64,000 bases of DNA from the NCBI GenBank assembly GCA_047974565.1, contig JBKECN010000019.1, positions 117,801 through 181,800 of the forward strand, given 5' to 3'. This DNA is from Actinomycetales bacterium (GTDB lineage Bacteria; Actinomycetota; Actinomycetes; Actinomycetales; CAWJMD01). The position numbers and the translations under genes are program-made. Each line of letters begins with the position of its first letter. Position 1 is the stretch's first letter. A model generated the notes under the pieces. It saw only the letters and a program-made list of their open reading frames with translations, was not told the DNA's origin and searched no databases. Below are positions 48,139 to 62,136 of this stretch, in pieces.

Positions 48139-48226
48139 AACCGCGGGAGCTCCACCACCGGAGCTGAGAGGGTGTTCCGTCACCGACCGCTCGAACCTGA
48201 TTCGGATCATGCCGACGAAGGGAGGC
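48139..48226 (+). ncRNA. TPP riboswitch
   Basis: GGGAGC...GCTGAGAG...GACCGC-x-x-GAACCTGAT-x-CGGATCATGCCG-x-CGAAGGGAG directly upstream of thiO. Its 3' end contains the RBS. Confidence 0.95.
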
Positions 48227-48230
48227 GCAC

Positions 48231-49528
48231 ATGCAGGTCGTCGTCATCGGCGCCGGCATCGTGGGCCTGTGCATCGCCGAAGCCCTGGTACGCAGCGGCG
48301 CCGACACCGTCCTGGTCGATCCCGATTCTGCCGGCGGCGCGACCCGGGCGGCGGCCGGGATGCTCTCACCGGTCGGTGAGACCTACCACCAGGAGTCGGA
48401 CCTGGGCTCGCTGCTGCTAGCCGGTGCTCGCACCTACCCGGGGTTCATCGCCAGGCTCGCCGGCGGCCGGGACGCCGAGGCCGTCGGCTTGCGGACCACC
48501 GGCACGCTCATCTGCGGTACCGACAACGCCGACCGGACGGCGCTGAGTGATCTGCACGAGGTCTGCCTGGCCCACGGACTCAGATCGCAGCGGCTCACCA
48601 CCCGCCAGGCCCGGCGCCTCGAGCCCCTTCTGGGCCCGGCGTTGTCCTGCGCCTTCCTGGCTCCGGATGACCATCAAGTCGACCCGAGACTGCTGGCCGA
48701 GGCACTGTTGGCCTGGCTCGGCGAGCGCTGCCGGTTCGAATGCTGCCCCGCCACCGCGGTGCTGCACCGCGACTCCGACGACTCGTCCAGCCCCGCCACC
48801 GGCGTCCTGCTCGGCGACGGCCGGCAGATCGGCGCGGACGCCGTGGTGGTGGCCAATGCACTCGGCGCGCAGACGATCGCCGGGCTGCCTACCGACGTGA
48901 CGACGTTGTTGCGACCGGTATTCGGGGACGTGCTGCGGCTGCGACCACCGGCCGCCCTGGCCGGCCTCGTCCAGCACACCATCCGCGCCCGGGTCGCCGG
49001 TACGCCGGTGTACGTGGTGCCCCGCCCCGATGGCGGCCTCGTCCTGGGCGCCACCAGCCGCGAGGACGGCGAACCGTTGCCCAGCGCCGGCGGCATGCAC
49101 CAACTCCTGCGGGACGCGATCCGGCTCGTGCCCGCGGTCGCCGAGTTCGCTGTCACCGAACTCATCGCCCGGCCCCGTCCCGGCACCCCCGACAACGCAC
49201 CACTGCTCGGCCTGGCCACCGACTCTCGCGCCCGGGTGACTCCCGGGCTGGTGCTGGCTACCGGATTCTTCCGGCACGGAGTGCTGCTCGCTCCGCTCGC
49301 CGGGCACCTGGTGTGCTCCCTCCTGGGGCTGCCCACCCCGGAACCCCCGCACCCCGGCTCCCCCGAACCCCGACACCCGGGCACGCCGGACCGGCCACCC
49401 CCCAGTGACCGCATCGCCGACCTCCTGGCCATCGTCGACCCGGCTCGCTTCACCCGCGCCGTCGCCCCACACGCCCCTACCGACTCCCCGATCTCTGCCG
49501 ACACCAGGCAGGCACCCGTGAGGACCCG

Positions 49529-49532
<4 letters not shown>
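48231..49532 (+). CDS. thiO: Glycine oxidase
   Basis: GAGIVG, AAAGML, DHQVDPR, RPGTPDN and TGFFRHGVLLAP motifs. Confidence 0.93.
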
Positions 49533-51709
<2,177 letters not shown>

Positions 51710-51808
51710 ACGGCCGCTGCCGGGATTCGGCCGGTCAAGGACGCCGAATCGGGTGTGCGCTTGCTAGCGTGATCGATTCATCCGAGGCCTGACCGAGGAG
51801 CGAATCTC

Positions 51809-53050
51809 ATGGACGTGAGCCCGCTGACCTGGACACTGACCCTGGTCGCCATCGGGGGGCTGCTGGCCTTCGATTTCATCTTCCACGTCCGCAAGGCACA
51901 CGTGCCGACTCTGCGCGAGGCCGCGACCTGGTCGGCCATCTACGTCGGGATCGCCATCCTTTTCGGTGTGGGCCTGTGGGCGGTGGCCGGAGGCGAATAC
52001 GGCAAGGAGTACTTCGGCGGGTACATCACCGAGAAGGCGCTGTCCGTCGACAATCTCTTCGTCTTCCTCATCATCATGGCCAGTTTCAAGGTGCCGCGCG
52101 CCGACCAGCAGAAAGTGTTGCTGTTCGGCATCGTGTTCGCGCTCATAGCCCGATCGGTCTTCATCCTCGCCGGCGCCGCCCTGATCAGCCGCTTCTCGGC
52201 GGTGTTCTACATCTTCGGCATCATCTTGCTGGTCACCGCCGGTAATCTGCTCAAGCCCGATGACCATGGCGACGAGTCGGATAACTTCATGGTCCGGATC
52301 AGTCGAAAACTGTTCCGCACCACCGATTACTACGACGGCGACAAGATGTTCACGATGGTGGACGGCCGGCGTCGCCTGACCCCGATGATCACGGTGATGG
52401 TCGCCATCGGCGGCACCGACATCCTCTTCGCGCTCGACTCGATCCCGGCGATCTTCGGCCTCACCCAGGAGACGTACATCGTCTTCACCGCCACCGCCTT
52501 CTCCCTCATGGGGTTACGCCAGCTGTACTTCCTACTGGACGGCCTGCTCGACCGGCTCATCTATCTGTCCTACGGGCTGGCGGCGATCCTGGCCTTCATC
52601 GGGATCAAACTCATTCTGCACGCCCTGCACGAGAACAACCTTCCGTTCATCAACGGCGGCGAACACGTCGACGTGTATGAGGTGACCATCGAACTCTCGC
52701 TCAGCGTCATCGTCGGGGTGCTGGCGGTCACCGTGATCGCGTCCCTGGTCAGCCCGAAGGGCAAGGCCCAGACCACGATCAACAACGCGCGGCGGCACGT
52801 GCGCGAGTATCTGGCGCTGGACTTCTACGACGACGCTGCCCTGCGGGAACGGCATTACCTGGCACTGCTCGACGAGGAAGCCGCCCTGCGTCAAGTGCAT
52901 CCCAAGTACAAGCACCTGATCCGCAACGAGGAGAAGCTGCTTCGCGACCTGGCCGAAGCACACCGGGTGCACGACCGGTACATGACCGAGAACCCGCAGC
53001 CTACGGGCGGCCTGCAGGAACGCCGCCTGGGGCTCGGCGGCAGCGACTGA
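51809..53050 (+). CDS. TerC-family membrane protein
   Basis: YITEKALSVDNLFVF, DILFALDSIPA and GLRQLYF motifs, plus a soluble C-terminal extension. Confidence 0.93.
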   Translation: MDVSPLTWTLTLVAIGGLLAFDFIFHVRKAHVPTLREAATWSAIYVGIAILFGVGLWAVAGGEYGKEYFGGYITEKALSVDNLFVFLIIMASFKVPRADQQKVLLFGIVFALIARSVFILAGAALISRFSAVFYIFGIILLVTAGNLLKPDDHGDESDNFMVRISRKLFRTTDYYDGDKMFTMVDGRRRLTPMITVMVAIGGTDILFALDSIPAIFGLTQETYIVFTATAFSLMGLRQLYFLLDGLLDRLIYLSYGLAAILAFIGIKLILHALHENNLPFINGGEHVDVYEVTIELSLSVIVGVLAVTVIASLVSPKGKAQTTINNARRHVREYLALDFYDDAALRERHYLALLDEEAALRQVHPKYKHLIRNEEKLLRDLAEAHRVHDRYMTENPQPTGGLQERRLGLGGSD

Positions 53051-53080
53051 CCGCCACCACCTGCCGCACTACCTTGCGCC

Positions 53081-53112
53081 GATCGCCGGGAGGCCTTGAC
53101 CTCCCGGCGATC
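53081..53112. terminator. Hairpin between the convergent TerC and ettA genes
   Basis: GATCGCCGGGAGG-CCTTGA-CCTCCCGGCGATC, a perfect 13-bp stem. Confidence 0.75.
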
Positions 53113-53150
53113 TCACGTCCCATCAAAGGGTGTCAGGCAAGCAACGCTGA

Positions 53151-54833
<1,683 letters not shown>

Positions 54834-55059
54834 TGGGCAAGACTATGGGGTGGGCCCGCCGAGCCTCGAATCCGTTGACTGCCGCCTGGGCTGGGCAGTG
54901 GCGCGGCACCGTCTGGGCGCCTGGTCAGGAGTTCGGGCTGGCGCGGGGTGATGAGGCGGGTCCGACTTGGGTCGAGCCCCCGCCAGCCAGCCACGCGCCA
55001 GCCAAGGCGCGCCAACCGGCCAAGCCGCACCAGGTGTGGTAGGCCTGCGGAGCAGATCG

Positions 55060-55400
55060 CACACCACCCAGCCACAGGCCGGTAAGGCGGACGCCGACTC
55101 AGCCGGGCGCCGATCAGCCGGGCGCCGACTCAGCCGCACACAACCAGGCCGGACGCGGATCACCGGAGCACCAGCCGGACGCCGATCCCCCGGCACACCA
55201 CCCAGCCACGCGCCGGTAAGCCGGACGCCGACTCAGCCGGGGGCCGATCAGCCGGGCGCAGACTCAGCCGCACACCCAGGCCGGACGCGGATCACCGGAG
55301 CCACCCGGCCGGACACCCATCACCCGGAGCCACCCAGCCGGACGCCGATCCCCACACACCACCCAGCCGGACGCCACCCAGCCGGACGCCGATTGAGCCG
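55060..55400. repeat. Nested intergenic repeat (about 135-bp unit x2, built from CAGCCGG(A/G)CGCCGA sub-units)
   Basis: CACCACCCAGCCAC...GCCGGTAAG-x-CGGACGCCGACTCAGCCG...CCAGGCCGGACGCGGATCACCGGAGC occurs twice. Confidence 0.85.
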
Positions 55401-55493
55401 GACAGTGCTCAGAAACGCACGCCGGCCACCGCCGGTTCAGCCGAGCACGTCGCAGGCACCGGACTTGACCGAGCCCGCAGCGATCTCTGGTGC

Positions 55494-55532
55494 TCATCCA
55501 CAGGCCGCGCAGACCCCCGGCAGTTGTCCACA
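55494..55532 (+). promoter_or_regulatory. Two DnaA boxes upstream of the ssb paralog
   Basis: TCATCCACA (55494-55502) and TTGTCCACA (55524-55532, the actinobacterial consensus). Confidence 0.65.
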
Positions 55533-55630
55533 ACCCACCCTCGTCGGTTCCCGAGCCCGCCGGGCCTGGTCAGGATCGACGTACTCGCCTGCACCGCGGG
55601 CATTCACCGAGCACGTCAAAGGAGCCGGAC

Positions 55631-56227
55631 ATGAACGACACCATGACCACCATCGTCGGAAATCTCACCGCAGACCCCGTCCTGGCCGCGGTCGGCGAGG
55701 GCGGTCGGTCGGTCGCCCGGTTGCGGGTGGCCTGTACGGAGTCGGTCTTCCAGCCGCAGAGCCGTACCTGGGTGGACGGTCGCACCTCGTATTTCAATGT
55801 CTCGGCCTGGGGGCCGTTGGGCGAGAACGCGGCTTGTTCGTTCCGCAAGGGTCAGCGGGTGATCGTGCACGGCCGCCTCTACATCGACCAGTATCAGAAC
55901 AAGGACGGGGAGGTGCGGATGAGCGTGCAGATCGATGCCCGGGCCATCGGCCACGACCTCACTTGGGGTACCTCTCACTTCACGCGGTTCATCCGCAGCC
56001 AGGCCGGGGACGGCGGGTCCACTGGGCACGCCGACACTGTTGAGCAGTCAAGCCGGGACGGCGCCAACGAGGGGCAGGCCGCCGAGGGGTCCGGCCCGGC
56101 GACCGTCGATGCGCCAGGCTCCAGGACCGCGGGTGGTCGCGAGGACCTGCCGGACGTGGGTGACTACGTGGAGATCGATGGCATCTTCGTCGACGAGCAA
56201 GGGGTGGTGCTCCCGCAGAGCGCCTGA
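55631..56227 (+). CDS. ssb: Single-stranded DNA-binding protein, second paralog (SsbB-like)
   Basis: TIVGNL-x-x-DP, WVDG-x-TSYF-x-V-x-AW, KGQRVIV-x-GRL and IGHDL motifs. Lacks the acidic PF tail. RBS AAGGAG. Confidence 0.9.
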   Translation: MNDTMTTIVGNLTADPVLAAVGEGGRSVARLRVACTESVFQPQSRTWVDGRTSYFNVSAWGPLGENAACSFRKGQRVIVHGRLYIDQYQNKDGEVRMSVQIDARAIGHDLTWGTSHFTRFIRSQAGDGGSTGHADTVEQSSRDGANEGQAAEGSGPATVDAPGSRTAGGREDLPDVGDYVEIDGIFVDEQGVVLPQSA

Positions 56228-56688
56228 AATGAGGCGGACAGCCTCGTGTCGGCGGGGCACGGCCCGCGACCCGGTCCCGCGGAGGCGCCCCGCTGGGCTT
56301 CGAGGGCCGAGGGCACCGAGTCCAGTTGGGGTGCACCCAGCACGTGCACCCAGACCTGCAGTGCGGCATCGCGAGTCAAGTCGCCCCGCGGCACCGCGAG
56401 AACTCGCGGCGCGGTCCGCAGCGTCGTCTTCGGTGCCGAACCCGACGGGGCGCGAGAACGACCCTGCCTGGCGGCCGGTGTGGTGCTGCCGACGCAAGGG
56501 CTCGCGGTGAGTCTGACGTTGCTCGTGCTGGCTCGCCTCCGGCACCGCGAGAACTCGCCCCACACGCAAGCAAGGAAGCTCGCCCAGCGGAGCCGCGAGG
56601 GAACTCGCCCCGGCGCGGATCGCGCGGGGATCCGAAACGGCCCGCAACCGCTCGCAGGCCACAGCACAGGCGCAGCGCGAGATCGGCG

Positions 56689-58380
56689 CTAGCTACGTCC
56701 GGTCCGGGCCACCTGGAGGGCATTGCGGGTGTCCCGGTGCTCGGCGAGCACCACGGCCACCGGGTCGAGGACGAGGGTGGTGCCCACCGCGGCCACCTCG
56801 GCTCGCAATGCCTTGGCGGCCTTGCGTCGACGCCGGCGGGCACCGACGCCGGCCAGGGCCGAGGCCAGCACCGACAGCAGCAGCCCGAGCACGATGCCGC
56901 CGATCAGCATCGCCGACGGCAACGGCACGCCGAGCCGTTCGGGTTGGACCAACCAGATCATCGGGGTGCCCGGCTCTGGCCAGCCGAGGTAGTCGATGAG
57001 CGCGAGACCACCGAGCCACACGGCCCCGGCCACTGCACTGACCGCCAGCAGTACCTGGAGCACGCCCACCAGCCACCACCACACGGGGTTCCGGAAGGTG
57101 AGCGGGGTTCGGGTCACGGCACGGTCCAGCGCGTCGGCGAGGTCCGGGCCGGGCGGAACAGCGGCGTCGCGGACCGCGTCCTGCCAGCGCATCGGCAGGC
57201 CGGTGGCGCATTGGCTGGCGATCTGCCGAGTGGTCAGGGCCACCTGGGCTTGCTGGCCCGCCCCCGGTGTCGGCAGTGAGGATCGTGCCACCGAGCCGGT
57301 TTCCACCTCGGCACGGCCCGATGACGCGCCCCGGCCGAGCCGGAGCCGGTCCAGCGGGCTGCGCCGCAGCCTGCCCAGCCACCGGGTGAACGGCCACCCG
57401 GTGCGGGCCCGGGCCGCGCGGCGGTAGTCGGCGCCGACGGCGTCCAAGACCATCGGCACACCCGCGGCACCGACGAGGGCGTCGACGAGGCCGGAGGCCC
57501 CGGGGACCTTCTCGGGAGCGGTCTCGGTGTCGGCGACGCTGCCGGCCAGCCGGGCAGCGGCATCGTCCAGGTCGAGCAGCACCCTCCGACGTACCGCCTC
57601 GTGGGCGTCGACCGCAGCCACGATCCGCTCGCGCAGTTCGTCCAAGCCGCGGCCGGTCTGCGCCGAGCACGCCAGCACCGGCACCCCGGGCAGACCGTCC
57701 TCAGCGAGCAGTCGGCTCAGATCACGTACGCACGGCCCCACATCCTCAGGGTCGAGCCGGTCCACCTGATTGAGCACCACCGTCATCACCGAGGCATAGG
57801 GGGCCATCGGCTGCAGGTAGCCCGAATGCAGTGCGTCGTCGGCGTACTTCTGCGGGTCCACCACCCACACGAGCAGGTCGACGAGTTTGACCAGGCGATC
57901 CACCTCGAGCCGGTGTGCCATCGCGGTCGAGTCGTGGTCGGGCAGGTCGAGCAGCACCAGCCCTTCGAGCGTGGCGATCCCGTCGGAGCCAACGTCGAGC
58001 CGGTGCCGGCGGGGCACACTCAACCAGTCCAGGAGTTGGTCACCGCCTCCACCCACCACCAGCCCGGTGGCCTTGGACGTGGTCGGACGGCGCGCCCCGA
58101 CCCGGGACACTTGCGTCCCGCACATGGCATTGAACAGCGAGGACTTGCCGCTGCCGGTGGCGCCGGCGAAGGCCACGACCGTGTGATCCAGTCCCAGGGC
58201 CAGCCGCTGCCCGGTGCGTCTGACCACCCCGGCCGCCCACTCGGCCGCTTCCGGATCCAGCCGGTCACCACCCAGGTCGAGCACCCGCTGCAGCGCGTCC
58301 AGGCGCACCGGCACGTCAGCACTGGCCGCTGCCTTACGCCCGGGTCGGATTGCCTGGGTCAGCCCACCGCGCGCGCTCAT
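56689..58380 (-). CDS. Dynamin-like/YfjP-family GTPase with C-terminal TM helices (Streptomyces DynB-like)
   Basis: GATGSGKSS, DLPDHDS, DPQKYAD, NQVD and GWP-x-x-RW motifs, with two transmembrane helices. Confidence 0.88.
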   Translation of the reverse strand: MSARGGLTQAIRPGRKAAASADVPVRLDALQRVLDLGGDRLDPEAAEWAAGVVRRTGQRLALGLDHTVVAFAGATGSGKSSLFNAMCGTQVSRVGARRPTTSKATGLVVGGGGDQLLDWLSVPRRHRLDVGSDGIATLEGLVLLDLPDHDSTAMAHRLEVDRLVKLVDLLVWVVDPQKYADDALHSGYLQPMAPYASVMTVVLNQVDRLDPEDVGPCVRDLSRLLAEDGLPGVPVLACSAQTGRGLDELRERIVAAVDAHEAVRRRVLLDLDDAAARLAGSVADTETAPEKVPGASGLVDALVGAAGVPMVLDAVGADYRRAARARTGWPFTRWLGRLRRSPLDRLRLGRGASSGRAEVETGSVARSSLPTPGAGQQAQVALTTRQIASQCATGLPMRWQDAVRDAAVPPGPDLADALDRAVTRTPLTFRNPVWWWLVGVLQVLLAVSAVAGAVWLGGLALIDYLGWPEPGTPMIWLVQPERLGVPLPSAMLIGGIVLGLLLSVLASALAGVGARRRRRKAAKALRAEVAAVGTTLVLDPVAVVLAEHRDTRNALQVARTGRS

Positions 58381-60686
58381 CGGGTGGCCTGCACCTTCTC
58401 GCCCGCAGCGCGTAGACCGGGCCCGGCATCTGGGTCGACACCTGCCTCGACGAGTAGGTCGATGAGCCTGTCCTGCTCGCCCTGCAGGAGTCCCTCGACC
58501 CGGGCCATCAGGTCACGGCGGGCCTCGGCGGCGAGTTGGCGCACCGCCTGATCGCCGAAGATCGCCTCCAGCAGCCGCTGGCCGACGACGGCGGTGCCGG
58601 CGCCCACGCCGACCTCGGCACCGGTCGGGATGGCCGCGGTGCTGGCGAAGACGAGGATCATCAAGGTGATGCCGATGGCGTTGACGCCCAGCGACATGTA
58701 CCGGGCCTGACTTCGTTTGGATCCGGCCTGCTGGCGCACCAGATCGAGCACGTGACCCTGCCAGTCCCGCACCATCCGCTCCATGCGCTGGTCGAAATCC
58801 GGTGACAGGCGGGACATCTCGGTGGGGTTCGGGCCGATAAGCGCGGCCCCGGCCGGGTGCGTGCGCCACCGCAGCACCGCCTGCTCGCTGGCCTGGGCTG
58901 CCTCCGCGTGCACGAGGGCAGCCACCCCGGTCTGCAGCGCCTGACCCAGCGGTTCGGCCGGCGCCGGCTTACCCGTGATGGCCGAGACCAGCCGATCCCG
59001 GACCCGACCGACCGCGGACTCCAGCCCGCGCAGCACCTCGCCGGTGCCGACGAACTCCTGCCACCGGGCCAACACCTCTCCGCGCAGCAAGGTGCCATCG
59101 GTCAACCCGGCTTCAAGCCGGGTGGCCGCGACGCCGTAGCACTGGGCGACCTCCTCGCGCAGCGACTGGTCGGCGGCAGCCTGCTCATCGGCGGCGCCGG
59201 CCAGGGCCGGCACCCGCACGCCAAGCGAGTCCAGGGCGCCCCCCAGCGTGCGTCGCACCACTTCCTGCCGGGCTGCGCTGGAGGAGGCGAGGTCCATGAA
59301 CCACAGTCGCAGTTTGGCCATCACCCCCGAGGGCAGCAGCCCATCCTGCAGTGCCACCTCGGGGATCGTGAACAGCGGGGCGTCGCTGAGGCTGTTCGCG
59401 GCAAGCATGCCGGCCAGATCGGTGCGGACCTCGTCCATCGCCTCGGGAGGTACCCGATCCAGGACGACAGCCACCGACGTGCCCCGCTCCGCGGCCGTGC
59501 GCAACAGATCCCAGGGGACGGCGTCGGCGTAGCGGGCAGCCGTGGTGACGAACAGCCACAGGTCGCCGGCGGCAAGCAGTTGCGCGGCGAGTTCGCGGTT
59601 GGCGTCGACGACCGAGTCGATGTCCGGAGCGTCCAGCAGGGCGAATCCCTCGGGCAGCGCGTCGCAGGCCATCAGCCGGACCGCACCGATGCGGTGCTGG
59701 GTGGCCTCCGGGCTGGGTTCGGGGTCGTCGCCGGTGATCCGGGCCAGCGAGGGCAGGATCCGGTTGGTGGTGAACCAGCGGGCGTCCTCGGGATGGTGGA
59801 CCAGAACCGGGGAACGGGTGGTGGGCCGCAGCACGCCGGCCCGGGTCACCTCGCGGCGCAGCACGGAGTTCACCAAAGTCGATTTCCCTGCGCCGGTGGA
59901 GCCGCCCACGACGGCGAGCAGCGGAGCATCAAGTTGCCGCAGCCGCGGGATGAGGTAGTCATCGAGCTGGTCGAGCAACTGGCCACGATCGGCGCGGCTG
60001 CCCTGAACGCCGGGCAGCGTGAGCGGCAGGCGTACCTCGTCGACGCGGGTGCGCAGCGTCTCCAAGGCGTGGACCAAGGGCGCCTGCTCGCCGAGATCGC
60101 CCGAGTTCCCGCCCGACGGGTCGCGCCGGTCCACCTGGCCGGGCTTGGCTGCTGGGTGCCCGGCGACTGGAGGGTGATCATCGCCGTGGTCACCAACCTT
60201 CCCGCGGTCACCAACCTTGCCGGGGTCGCCAACTTTCCCGGGGTCGCCAACGTTCCCGGGGTCGCCAACGTCCCAGTGGCGGCCATCCTCAGAGTGGTCG
60301 CCAACGTCGGAGTGGTCGCCAACGTCCCGGTGGGCGCCACCGGTGTGGACGCCACGGGCGTGGGCGTCGTGGGAAGGGTCGGCGGCCGGGGAACCGACCT
60401 GCGACTGCCCGCCCGGGGACTTGGCGGTGCCTGAGCGGTCCACCTCAGACGAGCCGTGCTCGACGTGGCCTGTTCCAGGTTCGGCAGCGACCTCGCCGGG
60501 CCCGGTGGCGTCGTGATGCTGGGAGCCGAACGCCCGGGCCGCCGCAGCGGCCTTGAGCAGTTCGACGGGGGCCTCGCTGCGATCCGAGGGGCCTGATGCC
60601 CGGGATGCCTCCCGGCCCGCCTCGGAGGGCGAGACCGGCCGGGCCGGCTTGACCGGCTCGGGGACGGCGTTGTCGGTGTCAGTCAC
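58377..60686 (-). CDS. Dynamin-like GTPase (Streptomyces DynA-like)
   Basis: GGSTGAGKSTLVNS, RPTTR, DAPDIDS, TTAARYAD and RGEVLARWQ motifs. About 200-aa low-complexity N-terminus. Confidence 0.88.
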   Translation of the reverse strand: MTDTDNAVPEPVKPARPVSPSEAGREASRASGPSDRSEAPVELLKAAAAARAFGSQHHDATGPGEVAAEPGTGHVEHGSSEVDRSGTAKSPGGQSQVGSPAADPSHDAHARGVHTGGAHRDVGDHSDVGDHSEDGRHWDVGDPGNVGDPGKVGDPGKVGDRGKVGDHGDDHPPVAGHPAAKPGQVDRRDPSGGNSGDLGEQAPLVHALETLRTRVDEVRLPLTLPGVQGSRADRGQLLDQLDDYLIPRLRQLDAPLLAVVGGSTGAGKSTLVNSVLRREVTRAGVLRPTTRSPVLVHHPEDARWFTTNRILPSLARITGDDPEPSPEATQHRIGAVRLMACDALPEGFALLDAPDIDSVVDANRELAAQLLAAGDLWLFVTTAARYADAVPWDLLRTAAERGTSVAVVLDRVPPEAMDEVRTDLAGMLAANSLSDAPLFTIPEVALQDGLLPSGVMAKLRLWFMDLASSSAARQEVVRRTLGGALDSLGVRVPALAGAADEQAAADQSLREEVAQCYGVAATRLEAGLTDGTLLRGEVLARWQEFVGTGEVLRGLESAVGRVRDRLVSAITGKPAPAEPLGQALQTGVAALVHAEAAQASEQAVLRWRTHPAGAALIGPNPTEMSRLSPDFDQRMERMVRDWQGHVLDLVRQQAGSKRSQARYMSLGVNAIGITLMILVFASTAAIPTGAEVGVGAGTAVVGQRLLEAIFGDQAVRQLAAEARRDLMARVEGLLQGEQDRLIDLLVEAGVDPDAGPGLRAAGEKVQATR
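60185..60325. repeat. 18-bp tandem repeat in the dynamin N-terminal extension
   Basis: Encodes (D/N/K)VGD(H/P/R)(S/G) about 7 times. Confidence 0.85.
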
Positions 60687-60889
60687 CAGACCATCTTCGC
60701 CGCTACCCGGCGCGGTGTCGTCACGACGCGCATCCTCACCTGCCCCGGCTACCGTCCGCTACCGCGTGTCCCCAGGGGACACCGCGTGTCCCGGGCGTTG
60801 ACTGGTCCGCCGGGTGGCCCCCACTCGGTGGGCCTCGATCCGACAATTGTGCTGCGTCGGTCACTCGATCAGCCGCGCCCTCACCCGGC

Positions 60890-61280
60890 GCAGTGTCGCC
60901 ACGACGCGCGTCCTACCTGCCTGCCCGCCACCAGGACCCCCGGAGACCGCGTGTGCCCGAGCCCGGCCCGCCCGCCGACGCGGCCAGACCCGGGCCCTCG
61001 CCCCCGACCAGGCGTGGCACGCCGGTCACCAGACCAGGCGTGCCATCACTCGGTGCAGTGTCGCCACGACACATCCTCGCCCGCTCCTGCCACCGCGACC
61101 CCCGGATCCCGCGTGTGCCGGGCCGGGCTCAGACCCCGCCTTGTCGCGTAGTTGCTGTCGTCCGGAGATCGCGTGTGTCCGGACCACGCAGGGGCCTGCC
61201 CACTCGCCCCAGACCCGGGCCGCACCCGGCCCGCCGACTCGCCCAGACCCGGGCCCTCGCCCCCGACCAGACATCGCACG
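60890..61280. repeat. Degenerate intergenic direct repeats
   Basis: CAGTGTCGCCACGAC x2, CCGGA-x-x-x-CGCGTGTG x3 and CCAGACCCGGGCCCTCGCCCCCGACCAG x2. Confidence 0.7.
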
Positions 61281-61392
61281 CGCCGCCGATCACGCGCCGC
61301 GCCGACCGGGGCCGGGTTGACGTGCGAGGTTCCCCTGCTCCGGCAGCGCACGCAGACACCACGCGACCGATCGGGCGCGGACGACGACCTGG

Positions 61393-62136
61393 TCAGCCCG
61401 CGTGCGCCTCGCCGCCACTGAGCACGACCCGCACCCGGTCGGACCGGAACAGGTCGTGGGAGTACTCGACGGGGATGCCCGCGGCGTCCCGGCTGACCCG
61501 TTGCACGGACAGCAGCGGGGCTCCGACTCCTACGCCCAGATGAACGGCCTCCATCGGGGTGGCGTGCGCGATGTCCAACTGCTCGACGATGCGATCCGGC
61601 TGGACGCCGAAGCCCAACCTGAGCGCCTCCAGGAGGGAACCCATCGGCGGGGCGACCGCCAGTTCTCGGAAGCGCCCCGGTAGTAGCGCACGTTCGAGAG
61701 ACAGCGGGCCCTCGTCGGCGAGGCGGACCCGGACGATCTCCACCAGGTCCGACCCCTTGGGCAGTTCCAGGGAGTCATACTCGGCGCGAGTCGCTCGGCG
61801 CAGTTCGGCGGAGATGACTTCGGTCTCTGCACACAGGGTCTCGGTCGCGGCCGTCGCGTTGCCGGTCTCCACTCGGGCGGGCTGGCGCTCCACCTTGCGA
61901 CGACGTACGAAGGTGCCCCCGGCGCGGCCGGTGACCCGGCGAACCATGCCGGCGTCCGCCAGGCCTGCCAGCACCTGACGCACCACCGCCCTCGACACCC
62001 CCAGGCTCTCTGCCAACTGGCGCTCACTACCCACCTTGGCACCCGTCGGCAGCCGACCGGTGGAGATCTCCTCAACCAGATAGCGGCGAACCTGCTCCGC
62101 GCCCGGCGACGCCGTCCCGAACACCCCATCCATCAC
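61393..62136 (-). CDS. GntR/HutC-family regulator with a UTRA domain
   Basis: SERQLAESLGVSRAVVRQ...GGTFV HTH, and UTRA RVRLADEGP...VEYS-x-DLFR-x-DR. Confidence 0.9.
   Translation of the reverse strand: MMDGVFGTASPGAEQVRRYLVEEISTGRLPTGAKVGSERQLAESLGVSRAVVRQVLAGLADAGMVRRVTGRAGGTFVRRRKVERQPARVETGNATAATETLCAETEVISAELRRATRAEYDSLELPKGSDLVEIVRVRLADEGPLSLERALLPGRFRELAVAPPMGSLLEALRLGFGVQPDRIVEQLDIAHATPMEAVHLGVGVGAPLLSVQRVSRDAAGIPVEYSHDLFRSDRVRVVLSGGEAHAG

Noticed and set aside
51710-51808. yybP-ykoY (Mn) riboswitch expected before TerC
   Set aside because: The region is short and lacks the conserved motif. Only a GATTCGGC/GCCGAATC hairpin (51724-51750) is present, possibly the thi operon terminator.
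55060-55400. Possible CRISPR or regulatory RNA array
   Set aside because: Irregular nested sub-repeats without a constant repeat-spacer period.
56228-56688. ORFs and a repeated CGGCACCGCGAGAACTCGC between ssb and the dynamin gene
   Set aside because: There is no credible coding signal. Two copies about 150 bp apart look like another degenerate local duplication, not IS ends.
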